From: an uncultured virus (IMG/VR IMGVR_UViG_3300021364_000014)
Lineage: Duplodnaviria; Heunggongvirae; Uroviricota; Caudoviricetes
Strand: one strand, 5' to 3'
IMG/VR virus record: IMGVR_UViG_3300021364_000014
DNA: 64,000 bases
The position numbers were made by a program, and so were the translations under genes. Below the pieces are notes generated by a model, which was given only the letters and a program-made list of their open reading frames with translations, ran no database searches and was not told the origin of the DNA. Below, piece by piece: positions 28,832 to 37,488 of this stretch (position 1 is its first letter; each line of letters begins with the position of its first letter).

Positions 28832-28949
28832 TGTATCTCTCTGCTACACAGATTATAAGCTATGTAGCAAAAAATAGTGTTACGATTGGCTACGATTTTA
28901 TAAGTGTTACTTTACACACAGATTATTTTTTTATAATATACTGGTTACT

Positions 28950-29405
28950 TCAGAGAGTTCCGTTGGCGCGTCTGATTTCTCTGAGTTCCTCAAAGTTCTT
29001 CTGTTTGGTTCCGCCATCGTAGGACCAGGCGTAACCTTCTGTAATCATTTGCTCATTGAGGGAGAGTTCTGCGTCTCCAATGTAAAGCCATCCCAGGAGT
29101 CTACCGTATTTACCAACACCCCCAACAAGCTCAGTCCTAATAACGAGGTCATCATCACCAGAGATAGCACCATCGAGCTTCTCTTTGAGCCAGTTGGTTG
29201 CGTCGTATCCAAGTTCCTTCTCTTCAGCGTCGCGTGTTCGTTTCTCTGGCGTATCAACTCCTGCAACTCTGACTCTTTCTTTCTTATAAAGATCAAAACC
29301 CAGGTCAATAGTGACATCAATTGTATCTCCGTCAAGGACTCTGTTAATCTCTACCACTCGGAAGTTGTAGCAACTCTTCCGACTCGGGGGTGTCATGGCT
29401 CCCAT
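28950..29405 (-). CDS. Thermonuclease (SNase-like) family endonuclease
   Basis: LDGDTID, RVAGVDTPE, GKYGRLLG, EGYAWSY. Confidence 0.88.
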   Translation of the reverse strand: MGAMTPPSRKSCYNFRVVEINRVLDGDTIDVTIDLGFDLYKKERVRVAGVDTPEKRTRDAEEKELGYDATNWLKEKLDGAISGDDDLVIRTELVGGVGKYGRLLGWLYIGDAELSLNEQMITEGYAWSYDGGTKQKNFEELREIRRANGTL

Positions 29406-29535
29406 ATTCGTTCTCATCAATTCTTAGTATATAGTAAATGATCCATGCAACCATACACAAAAGGAGCATGATACTAAGTATCACACTCCATACAGGATCA
29501 TTATTATCATTCAGTGGGCGGAGTAGGAGGTTCAT
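29344..29535 (-). CDS. Hypothetical membrane protein
   Basis: One TM segment, DPVWSVILSIMLLLCMVAWIIYYIL. Confidence 0.55.
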   Translation of the reverse strand: MNLLLRPLNDNNDPVWSVILSIMLLLCMVAWIIYYILRIDENEYGSHDTPESEELLQLPSGRD

Positions 29536-29686
29536 GACTATGGAATGGTTCCCAATGTTCCCATCCGTATTTATGAACTGCCCACATTCCTAAGATGGGA
29601 ACGAATACAAGTAAGAACCCCATGACACCTAGGCACCACGGGCGTTCCATTACTGCTCTTGCTATATGTCCTAGTTGATGCATCAT
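29507..29686 (-). CDS. Hypothetical membrane protein
   Basis: LVFVPILGMWAVHKYGWEHWEPF; ATGA overlap with the zwf stop. Confidence 0.6.
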   Translation of the reverse strand: MMHQLGHIARAVMERPWCLGVMGFLLVFVPILGMWAVHKYGWEHWEPFHSHEPPTPPTE

Positions 29687-31023
29687 GCTGGATAATCCCA
29701 ATTAGTTATCAATCGTGTTTTGTGTTCTGGACCCCATCCGCCACAGTAGATATAAGGGACAGTGCGAATTGGGCAACTATCACCAGTACACAAAAGATCA
29801 TCTACAATCCTCCAACTCTCCATGACTTCTTCGGCATGAACAAAGTGTGACTGGTCGCCATTGATAGCATCATACAAGAGTTTCTCGTATCCATCTATTG
29901 CTCTGTCCTGTGGATATGCGTGGGTGAGTGTGGCACGTTCTAGATCATCATTTAGTCCAGGTGCTTTGATATCCATACGGATATCAAGATGAGGATTAGG
30001 CTGTAAACGCATAACGATACGATCATTTACTTCGCCCTCGTATAGTTTGAGTGGTGGTTCTTTTAGTTTGATGACAACTTCTACACAACCGTAAGGCATC
30101 TTCTTGCCAGTCATGACGTTAAAAGGAACTCCCTGCCAACGCCAGTTATCAACGAATAAAGTACCAGCGAAATAGGTAGGAGTACCACTGTTAGGATCAA
30201 CGCCCTCTTCATCACGGTAGCCATGGTATTGTCCAAGAATAATGTTCTCAGACATTCTAGTAGCTGCGAGTACCTTTGTCTTCTCACGTCTGATTTCCCT
30301 GGCATTCATCTTACTGGGTGGTTCCATTGCTACGAGTGCTAGCACCTGTAGAATGTGGTTCTGTAGCATGTCACGAACTGCTCCAGCAGTTTCGTAGTAT
30401 TGAGAGCGACCTTCACATCCAATAGTTTCGGAAGCATAGATCTGGATCTCTTCTACATACTGGCGGTTCCAAAGTGGTTCCAGAAGAATGTTGCTGAAAC
30501 GAGTAGCAAGTATATTATTGACAGTATCTTTACCGAGATAATGGTCAATGCGATATACTTGTTTCTCGCGTAGATGTCTAGCAACCACAGCTGATAAATG
30601 ATCAGCAGATTTATAATCGTATCCAAAGGGTTTCTCGATAACCACTCTGGAGTGATCTGGGTCATCCAGTTTCCCAGCTTCTTTAAGATTGGCGATGGCA
30701 TTAGCATACCTCTCTGGTGGCACGGATAGAAAATACGTATTGTCGTGTAGGTAATCAGGAAGATGAGAAAGAGTATCAACATTGTCCAGATCTGCTGAGA
30801 TGTAATCTAGATGATGTAAGAATTCCTCAGGGTAATCTCCCAAAGATTCTTTCCATTGTGCTGCTGTTGGTTGCCTTCTAGAACAACCAGTGATTAAAAA
30901 ATTATCTGGTAGAAGATCTTTCTTCCAGAGTTTGTATAGTGCTGGAATTAGTTTCTTCTTACACAGATCTCCTGTTGCTCCAAAGATAACAATTCCTTTA
31001 GTGAGCTGTGCCGTTTCCATCAT
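29683..31023 (-). CDS. zwf: Glucose-6-phosphate dehydrogenase
   Basis: FGATGDL, EKPFG, RIDHYLGK, RDMLQNH; start trimmed to MMETAQ. Confidence 0.97.
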   Translation of the reverse strand: MMETAQLTKGIVIFGATGDLCKKKLIPALYKLWKKDLLPDNFLITGCSRRQPTAAQWKESLGDYPEEFLHHLDYISADLDNVDTLSHLPDYLHDNTYFLSVPPERYANAIANLKEAGKLDDPDHSRVVIEKPFGYDYKSADHLSAVVARHLREKQVYRIDHYLGKDTVNNILATRFSNILLEPLWNRQYVEEIQIYASETIGCEGRSQYYETAGAVRDMLQNHILQVLALVAMEPPSKMNAREIRREKTKVLAATRMSENIILGQYHGYRDEEGVDPNSGTPTYFAGTLFVDNWRWQGVPFNVMTGKKMPYGCVEVVIKLKEPPLKLYEGEVNDRIVMRLQPNPHLDIRMDIKAPGLNDDLERATLTHAYPQDRAIDGYEKLLYDAINGDQSHFVHAEEVMESWRIVDDLLCTGDSCPIRTVPYIYCGGWGPEHKTRLITNWDYPA

Positions 31024-31126
31024 AGTCGTCCGAGTCGTAGTATTGAGTTTCACCTTTATAGGCTCCAAACCACAGGGTGGCACATACAAAGGGTATTGAT
31101 ATCCAGAGAAGCGCATTACCTAACAT
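30998..31126 (-). CDS. ndhP: NdhP-like small subunit of the cyanobacterial NDH-1 complex (not in ORF track)
   Basis: MLGNALLWISIPFVCATLWFGAYKGETQYYDSDDYDGNGTAH: TM helix plus the NdhP-type tail FG...YD.D.Y.GNG(S/T)AH. Confidence 0.8.
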   Translation of the reverse strand: MLGNALLWISIPFVCATLWFGAYKGETQYYDSDDYDGNGTAH

Positions 31127-32174
31127 GATGACCACCAAACATAAATCTCATTCCATTCAAAATCTTGGACGCGAAAGCGCCAAGACGGCGTGAGTTAAAA
31201 CGCTCATACAGCGCAGTGCTGAGGACAGGAGCGGGTACACCAAGATCCACAGCAGCGTGAACAGTCCAACGACCCTCACCACTGTCTGATACTCCCCCAT
31301 CGAACTTGCTAAGCTCTCGATCGCTCCGTAGAACATCAGCGGTAAGATCAAGTAACCAACTGCCAACCACGCTACCGCGACGCCACAGCTCAGCCACCTC
31401 AGCAACGTTAATGTCATACTGATAATCGGCAGGGTTGTCCATTGGGGCGACCTCTGCATCTCCTGCTTTGACATACTTAGAACCTGCGTTTGCTTCATGG
31501 AGGATGTTAAATCCTTCTGCGTATGCCTGCATGATACCATATTCCACACCATTGTGGACCATCTTCACAAAGTGTCCAGCTCCAGGACCGCCACAATGCA
31601 ACCAACCTTTCTCTGCTTGGGTCACCCATGAGTTAGGTTCAGTCCTGGGGGCAGCATCAATTCCTGGGGAGAGGGCATCAAAAATGCCTTCACAAGTGGC
31701 GACCGCAGTATCTCCGCCACCAACCATAAGACAGTATCCACGGTCCAGACCGTAAACACCACCACTAGTGCCACAGTCAATATACGCGATGCCAAGTTTT
31801 GCAAGGCGCTCTGCTCTTTTCCGACTGTCCTTAAAATTGCTATTGCCATGATCAATAATAATGTCGCCTTCACGACAATATCGTAATAGCTCATTGATCG
31901 TCTCCTCTACTGTTTCTGCTGGAACTACCATCATGAAAATGCCAGGCAGATAAACAGTTTCTCCCGACTTTTCTCCATAAATTGATTTTCCTTCATGTAC
32001 TACTTGAACAAGGCTTTCCACAGAAGTGGTACATCCACTGATATAACCCTTCTCATATTGTTCATTAGCTTTTTCATAGTTGTTTCTATAACCCCATACT
32101 TCGTGTCCGTTTGCGATAAGACGGCGGGACATTCCTTCGCCCATCCGCCCAAGTCCTATCATTCCTACTTTCAT
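31116..32174 (-). CDS. gnd: 6-phosphogluconate dehydrogenase (short form)
   Basis: GLGRMG, DHGNS, GTSGG, GHFVKMVHNGVEYG, DSGEGRW. Confidence 0.97.
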   Translation of the reverse strand: MKVGMIGLGRMGEGMSRRLIANGHEVWGYRNNYEKANEQYEKGYISGCTTSVESLVQVVHEGKSIYGEKSGETVYLPGIFMMVVPAETVEETINELLRYCREGDIIIDHGNSNFKDSRKRAERLAKLGIAYIDCGTSGGVYGLDRGYCLMVGGGDTAVATCEGIFDALSPGIDAAPRTEPNSWVTQAEKGWLHCGGPGAGHFVKMVHNGVEYGIMQAYAEGFNILHEANAGSKYVKAGDAEVAPMDNPADYQYDINVAEVAELWRRGSVVGSWLLDLTADVLRSDRELSKFDGGVSDSGEGRWTVHAAVDLGVPAPVLSTALYERFNSRRLGAFASKILNGMRFMFGGHHVR

Positions 32175-32674
32175 TTGATCATCTCCATTGCTTTTAGTAA
32201 TTCATTACTATGTTGTAGTTCGTCATTTAAGATCTCAAGGATCTTGTCGTCATGTCCATTGAGTGCTAAGTGTTTGGCATATGTAGTTGCTGCGTGAACT
32301 TCTACTTCGTAGGACAGATGGTAAGCAGAGCGAGGAGCCACCCAATAATAAACCACGTTGGTCCAATAATAGATAAGGACGAGGTGCTTGGCGACAAAGC
32401 GATCGATAAAATAAGTATTACCGCCCCTGCTCTCCATATATTCCAGATGTTCTGTTTCATTGACTGACTGTGCAAAATGCTCTTTCATCAAATACAGATG
32501 TTCGGGACCACGCAATCCCATGCTTTCCCTGAAATGTAATACACTCAAAAAAGCAAAATAGGGTGCCCGAGCAATTTCCTCAAGCACCCAAAAACGTGAA
32601 TAGTCTCTTCCTTGATAAAGGAAGTCTAGTATTGCAACAGTGATGTCTAAAACAACAGTGTTGAATTTTTTCAT
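32171..32674 (-). CDS. ptox: Plastoquinol terminal oxidase
   Basis: RFWVLEEIARAPYF, NETEH, EVEVHA, NDELQH di-iron ligands. Confidence 0.95.
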   Translation of the reverse strand: MKKFNTVVLDITVAILDFLYQGRDYSRFWVLEEIARAPYFAFLSVLHFRESMGLRGPEHLYLMKEHFAQSVNETEHLEYMESRGGNTYFIDRFVAKHLVLIYYWTNVVYYWVAPRSAYHLSYEVEVHAATTYAKHLALNGHDDKILEILNDELQHSNELLKAMEMIK

Positions 32675-32826
32675 TCTTTTACCGAATACTGATCTTGATA
32701 AGTTTTGAGCTTATTGATCAAGTCATCATATTGTTCCCACATGTATTCACTACCTGTCTTCTCTTTGTAGAGTTCGCAGGCGATGATTAGACGTGTTATA
32801 TCTGTGTCAGAGAGACGCATTTTCAT
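32671..32826 (-). CDS. Hypothetical 51-aa protein (not in ORF track)
   Basis: MKMRLSDTDITRLIIACELYKEKTGSEYMWEQYDDLINKL...; ATGA overlap with ptox. Confidence 0.65.
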   Translation of the reverse strand: MKMRLSDTDITRLIIACELYKEKTGSEYMWEQYDDLINKLKTYQDQYSVKE

Positions 32827-32899
32827 ATCAAAACTCACTTACTAATTATAGGTTCACTAGGTAATAATTCACATTCTTTACAATATTTTCACAAGTATG

Positions 32900-33346
32900 T
32901 CAGCAATTCCACGCACGTAAACTTTTATTGATCCTGCTATCAGGATCTTTGGCAGTTTTCTTAGAAGTTAATTTAGATTTCATGCCCTTCATTCGAGCAC
33001 AAAACGATGCGCGACGGGGATTTCCAACCTTCTTGCTTGGTGCTTTAAGGTCAGATCCAGGATTTGCTCTTTCGTAAGACTTCCTTCCCTTCTCGTTAAG
33101 TCCACCTTCTTTGTTCTGCCCTGATTTTTTGGTCCAGGCAGCACCTTCTTCTAGCTCCGTTTCCTCGCGCTTGACGGATCTGATGGGGACAGCGAAACGA
33201 TCCCATGCTTTCTCTCCGTAAGAACATTCATCTCTAGTCTCAGGTTTCTGGCAGAGTTTGCAGAAGCGTTTCTCTTCCTTCTGCTTTTTCTCTTTCTCTG
33301 CTAGAACAGCCTCAGCGAGATGTTTAATTTCTCCGTATGTTCTCAT
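32900..33346 (-). CDS. Conserved basic phage protein
   Basis: GGLNEKGRKSY, RRASFCARMKG, SRINKSLRAWNC. Confidence 0.75.
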   Translation of the reverse strand: MRTYGEIKHLAEAVLAEKEKKQKEEKRFCKLCQKPETRDECSYGEKAWDRFAVPIRSVKREETELEEGAAWTKKSGQNKEGGLNEKGRKSYERANPGSDLKAPSKKVGNPRRASFCARMKGMKSKLTSKKTAKDPDSRINKSLRAWNC

Positions 33347-33374
33347 GATAAACGACGAGGGTTTACCAATTTAT

Positions 33375-34091
33375 TTATGCTTCCTTGACTACTATACCCT
33401 CACCAAAGACACCACAAAGGTTGGTGCCAGACAGAGACTTGATCTGGAATTGAATATCAGTCTTCTCAGCATACTTGAATGGAACACGACGCTGGATATT
33501 CATTTGGTTGATGTATGGTGTCTGTGCCACTCTCAAATTGACACCAGATTCTAATGTAACAAAGTTCTGAAACTCTCCTGGTTTTGCCGAAGCACCATCG
33601 TTCATGAAAGCATCAATTCTGAAGAGGTAGAAATCACAACCAGCAGGGACAGTATATGCTGCTGCTTGTGCTTTACCTGTGCCAGCAGTAATTCTTGAGT
33701 ATGTGGTGGCACCATTAGTTGCTGTGATGTTGCCAGTAGCATTACCACTGATGGTTACAAAATCATTGATACGGAAGAACCCAGCAGTTGTTACTGGTGG
33801 TGTAGCATTGTTGATAGTAACTACTTCACTGATCTCTTCGTAGTTGATGTCAAGCCCAATCAGTTTTACTTGGACGCCATCATCAGATGTGTCGCCAATG
33901 TCACTGGCAACTGTCATGTTGAGAGCAGATGCTGGAAACACATAGTCAGTGGTGTCTGACAACTCCCACACAGTTCTCATGGTAGTGCCCTGACTATCAT
34001 TGAAACCAAAGATGTTTCTTACTGATGCTCCACGAACCTTGCCTCTGGCAACGTTCAGCATGAAGGCTTCGTCCCAATTAAAACTTGCCAT
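33375..34091 (-). CDS. Hypothetical beta-rich protein, probably virion-associated
   Basis: 238 aa directly downstream of g16. Confidence 0.65.
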   Translation of the reverse strand: MASFNWDEAFMLNVARGKVRGASVRNIFGFNDSQGTTMRTVWELSDTTDYVFPASALNMTVASDIGDTSDDGVQVKLIGLDINYEEISEVVTINNATPPVTTAGFFRINDFVTISGNATGNITATNGATTYSRITAGTGKAQAAAYTVPAGCDFYLFRIDAFMNDGASAKPGEFQNFVTLESGVNLRVAQTPYINQMNIQRRVPFKYAEKTDIQFQIKSLSGTNLCGVFGEGIVVKEA

Positions 34092-34118
34092 CTAGACTAC
34101 CTAAACCGATAAAAATAT

Positions 34119-34520
34119 TTATCTCTTGTTACCGTTCATCTGCTTCAGCATCTTCTGTAGCTCCGCAGTGCTACCGACAAACATAGCGTTGTTTGTGACC
34201 TTGGTTGGACCTTTCTTTTCCTCGTCAAGATCCTTCATCTTCTTATGAAGATCCTGTAGTTTCTCAGTCATGTCTGCAACGTGCTTCATTGCCGCTACAG
34301 CGACCTCATACGCTCTCGGGTGCCCTGACTCCTGAGCGACCTCTAAAGCGCCTCTGACCGCCTCCTGACCCTGATCTATGAGGCTGTATAGTTCTCCTCT
34401 AGTATATTCATAATCTTTCTGGCGATCGTCATCAGTTTTCTCAACCTTTACTGGTGGTTTTTCTTCCACAGGTTCAGCACTGATATTGAGGATCTCCTCC
34501 ATGTTCTCTTCTAGGCTCAT
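34119..34520 (-). CDS. g16: Terminase small subunit gp16
   Basis: DYEYTRG, HPRAYEV, FVGSTAELQKML. Confidence 0.95.
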   Translation of the reverse strand: MSLEENMEEILNISAEPVEEKPPVKVEKTDDDRQKDYEYTRGELYSLIDQGQEAVRGALEVAQESGHPRAYEVAVAAMKHVADMTEKLQDLHKKMKDLDEEKKGPTKVTNNAMFVGSTAELQKMLKQMNGNKR

Positions 34521-35317
34521 AAGAATTCAATTCCTTCATTAAATCCAAAGTCATCACCAGCATCCAAGAGTGCATCATCATTTACATCGATAACACCATC
34601 GGTATTGATATCTGTAGTTGCTTTGGGTGTATATGTTCGTGTGATAGTTCTGCGGTTGACAGATGTATCTCCAAGCGTCTCGTGAATAATTGCTTTCTTG
34701 ATAACGTCTGCCTGGTTGTAAGGACCGTAGAGGTAAGACTTCATAGTGAAGTTTAGAGTATAGACAATGTATCTACGCTCATAGAAACTATCGTCCCACT
34801 CATCTTCATAACTTACATTGTTTAGAACAATAGCAACATCACGTTTCTCGTTCATGTCAGGGATCATGTTGAGAGTAATGCTGAAAGATGGTTGGAAGTA
34901 TGGTAGGATCTGTTCAGTAATTTGTAATGCATCATCTTGAGACTTGGCAATAATACCAAGTTCAAATCCTATATTATAAGGAACAGGAACATATTGAACT
35001 CTGACTTCATCACCATTACCATCAACGATCGTTTTGTATTTTTGAATTGGTGATGTCTTACGGGTAGGATCGTAATCAATGCTCGTCATCTCAAAGTAGA
35101 GACGTGGTAGAGTAATTGCTACTTTCCTGTCCGTATTATTTTCTTCTAGACGAACAAGAAATTTCTGTTTAGGACCATATGCTAGGGGAACTTTCTGCTC
35201 CTCTAAGACAGTACCATCACTAGGATCTGTGCTCTTTAGTGTGATGTTATTAAACATCGTACCAAAAGCAACAATGTTCTTACGAACAATCTGATTGTAA
35301 AAATGCGAACCTAACAT
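34517..35317 (-). CDS. g15: Tail sheath stabiliser gp15
   Basis: FGTMFN, VPLAYGPKQKF, QITEQILPYFQP. Confidence 0.95.
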   Translation of the reverse strand: MLGSHFYNQIVRKNIVAFGTMFNNITLKSTDPSDGTVLEEQKVPLAYGPKQKFLVRLEENNTDRKVAITLPRLYFEMTSIDYDPTRKTSPIQKYKTIVDGNGDEVRVQYVPVPYNIGFELGIIAKSQDDALQITEQILPYFQPSFSITLNMIPDMNEKRDVAIVLNNVSYEDEWDDSFYERRYIVYTLNFTMKSYLYGPYNQADVIKKAIIHETLGDTSVNRRTITRTYTPKATTDINTDGVIDVNDDALLDAGDDFGFNEGIEFL

Positions 35318-36441
35318 CAGATACTACCTGTAAAATTACCAAACTCACCAAATGGATTAGATTCTGTCCAATCCACAATATTATCAGCATCATCTTCGAT
35401 CTGTCTATTTTGATCGTAGTTGCTGTTCACATTATTTAGAGTGTCAAATGTCTCAGGACTCCACTTGGCACCTGAAGTTAGACCAGTAATTACTTCAGCA
35501 GTAGTGAAGGTTCCTGTTCTGTTGATGACTTGGAGAGCTCTGGTTGTGCTATCCCAGGACTTGACTTCTGCTCTGTTATCCTTAGGTGAGTAGTCAATAG
35601 TAACAGTAGGAGCAGTTGTATACCCAGTGCCCCCACTAGTAATAGTGATGCCATTAACAATACCAGTCGAGCTAACCGTTGCAGTGGCTGTTGCTCCATT
35701 TCCTCCGCCTCCTGTAATAGTAACTGATGGTGGAGTGCCTTGCTTATAATGAGATCCGCCGTCAGTAATAGTTATACCAGTGACAGCATCACCCGTTATA
35801 GTTGATGTTGCCTTCGCAAGGAACTCGTCACCAACAATCTCCTCACCTACAATAAAGTCTCCTGTTCCACCAGGATCCATAAAGAGTTTGATGGCATTGT
35901 CGAATAGTTGTTCCACTGCATCGATCTCTGCAACACCAGTATCAAATTCGTCTTGACCGACCTCATAGATCTCAGCGGTGATAGCATAGAATTGGATCTT
36001 ACCAAACTGGAAGAATGGTTCTTCCTTACCAACAAATTTGATTTCGTAGATATCTTGTGTCAATGGGAAGTATAGTAGATCCCCTTCATTGGGTCTGCTA
36101 TCTAATGTTAGAGTAGGATTATATTGTGCTACAGACTCATCCCATCTTCTACTAGAAACACGGAATATAATTTCGTCTGTAATTCTTAGACCGAACTTGG
36201 AGATGAACTCTGCATTGTCGCCAAAACCCGTGACGTTCTGTAGCAGCATCTCAATCTGGAATTGTTCCTGATACTTAGTGTATCTGACTTCATCCAGAGT
36301 GCTGTCTTGCAGAACTACCTTAGGGATATAGTATATGTCTGTACCAAACAGTTTGATTTGCTCATCCACAAGATCCTGAACGAGACCTTGTTCGCCACTG
36401 TGACCTTGGTAGTAAGTTGGAAAGTAGGGACTGGTAGGCAT
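35317..36441 (-). CDS. g14: Neck protein gp14
   Basis: SKFGL, RPNEGDLLYFP, PFFQFGK, ESNPFG; contains a Gly/Thr-rich insert. Confidence 0.93.
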   Translation of the reverse strand: MPTSPYFPTYYQGHSGEQGLVQDLVDEQIKLFGTDIYYIPKVVLQDSTLDEVRYTKYQEQFQIEMLLQNVTGFGDNAEFISKFGLRITDEIIFRVSSRRWDESVAQYNPTLTLDSRPNEGDLLYFPLTQDIYEIKFVGKEEPFFQFGKIQFYAITAEIYEVGQDEFDTGVAEIDAVEQLFDNAIKLFMDPGGTGDFIVGEEIVGDEFLAKATSTITGDAVTGITITDGGSHYKQGTPPSVTITGGGGNGATATATVSSTGIVNGITITSGGTGYTTAPTVTIDYSPKDNRAEVKSWDSTTRALQVINRTGTFTTAEVITGLTSGAKWSPETFDTLNNVNSNYDQNRQIEDDADNIVDWTESNPFGEFGNFTGSI

Positions 36442-36442
36442 C

Positions 36443-37243
36443 TTATCCGATCATATCCATTGGTGGGATTGCATACTTGCTGAGAACTTCGCTTTCGATT
36501 TTCTCAATTTCTGCTAGTGCGTCTGTGTATAGTTCTCTACCATTTAGAGTGATGCCACCAGGCAACTGAACATTGTTATACTTAATCAAGTTCTGACCCC
36601 ACTGCTTCTTCATGAGAGCAGTAGCATATCTCTTGACAAACATATCATTGTTCATCTCTGTAGCATCTGTAGGATCGATAAGACGATGACACTCAATCAG
36701 GATGTTAGATCCTTCTTTGAGGAAGTCTTTGTCTAGATCCATATAGAGACGATCACGACGCATTGTGTATCTGAACTGCTGGAATGATCCATTGTTGAGG
36801 ACCATATCTAGAGTTTCTAGATACTGTTTATTCATATAATAGTTGAGGATGTCAAGTGATCCAAACGCATACAAGTCGTTCAGGAACAACTGATACTCAA
36901 CACCAAAAAGATTAGAACGGATTGAATTGCTGACAAGACCAAAGACTCTGGTAATGCCAACTACATGAGACGGGATGTCAATGTAGTTTGTTGTTTCTTT
37001 CCAGTCAGTTGTGCCAGTTGTAGTTGTTACACTAGCAGCAAACCTTGTCTTATCGTCAGCAGTGATTTCGTGGAATAGATATGCACGCTCCATACCGTTG
37101 TAGCAGTTCTCTTGGAAGAACTGATACGTGTCATCAATAACGTTATTAACCTGTTCGTCGTCAATGTTTACTTGTAGGACAGGCTCACCAAGCTGTCTCT
37201 TACAATATGTGATGAGTTCAGCTCTTGAATTTGGAGATGCCAT
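36443..37243 (-). CDS. g13: Neck protein gp13
   Basis: YCKRQLGEPV, KQWGQNLIKY, LPGGITLNG. Confidence 0.95.
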   Translation of the reverse strand: MASPNSRAELITYCKRQLGEPVLQVNIDDEQVNNVIDDTYQFFQENCYNGMERAYLFHEITADDKTRFAASVTTTTGTTDWKETTNYIDIPSHVVGITRVFGLVSNSIRSNLFGVEYQLFLNDLYAFGSLDILNYYMNKQYLETLDMVLNNGSFQQFRYTMRRDRLYMDLDKDFLKEGSNILIECHRLIDPTDATEMNNDMFVKRYATALMKKQWGQNLIKYNNVQLPGGITLNGRELYTDALAEIEKIESEVLSKYAIPPMDMIG

Positions 37244-37250
37244 TACACAC

Positions 37251-37288
37251 AAAAAATCCCTTCTTACCTATTTAGGAAGAAGGGATTT
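37251..37288 (-). terminator. Hairpin/terminator with a late-promoter core (TAAATA) at its apex, upstream of g13
   Basis: AAATCCCTTCTT-CCTAAATAGGT-AAGAAGGGATTT followed by TTT. Confidence 0.75.
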
Positions 37289-37293
37289 AGTAT

Positions 37294-37482
37294 TTATTCA
37301 GCGGGAGTTTCTTCTGCTGGTGCTTCTGGTTCTCCCTCTAGAAGTCCGAGAGTCTCAAGACCTCCTTCTAGTTTGATTTTATATTCTTTTGCTTTACGCA
37401 AGTTCTCTTCGAGTTCTCCAATTTGCTTTACTGTAGTAGCAATTTGCTCCTCAAAGTTTTTCTTTAGTGCTGCTGGGTCCAT
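37294..37482 (-). CDS. Small coiled-coil protein
   Basis: 62 aa with a heptad pattern and acidic tail. Confidence 0.7.
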   Translation of the reverse strand: MDPAALKKNFEEQIATTVKQIGELEENLRKAKEYKIKLEGGLETLGLLEGEPEAPAEETPAE

Positions 37483-37488
37483 AATTAT

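Noticed and set aside
28833..28893. Possible NtcA boxes (GTA...TAC)
   Set aside because: Spacing is N9, not the canonical GTA-N8-TAC
31024..31116. N-terminal extension of zwf in the ORF track
   Set aside because: The region is better explained by the ndhP-like gene in another frame; the Zwf Rossmann motif begins just after MMETAQ
37294..37482. Small ORF as a RiPP precursor for the oxygenase cluster
   Set aside because: It looks like a plain coiled coil with no leader/core pattern, and there is no nearby transporter or maturation protease
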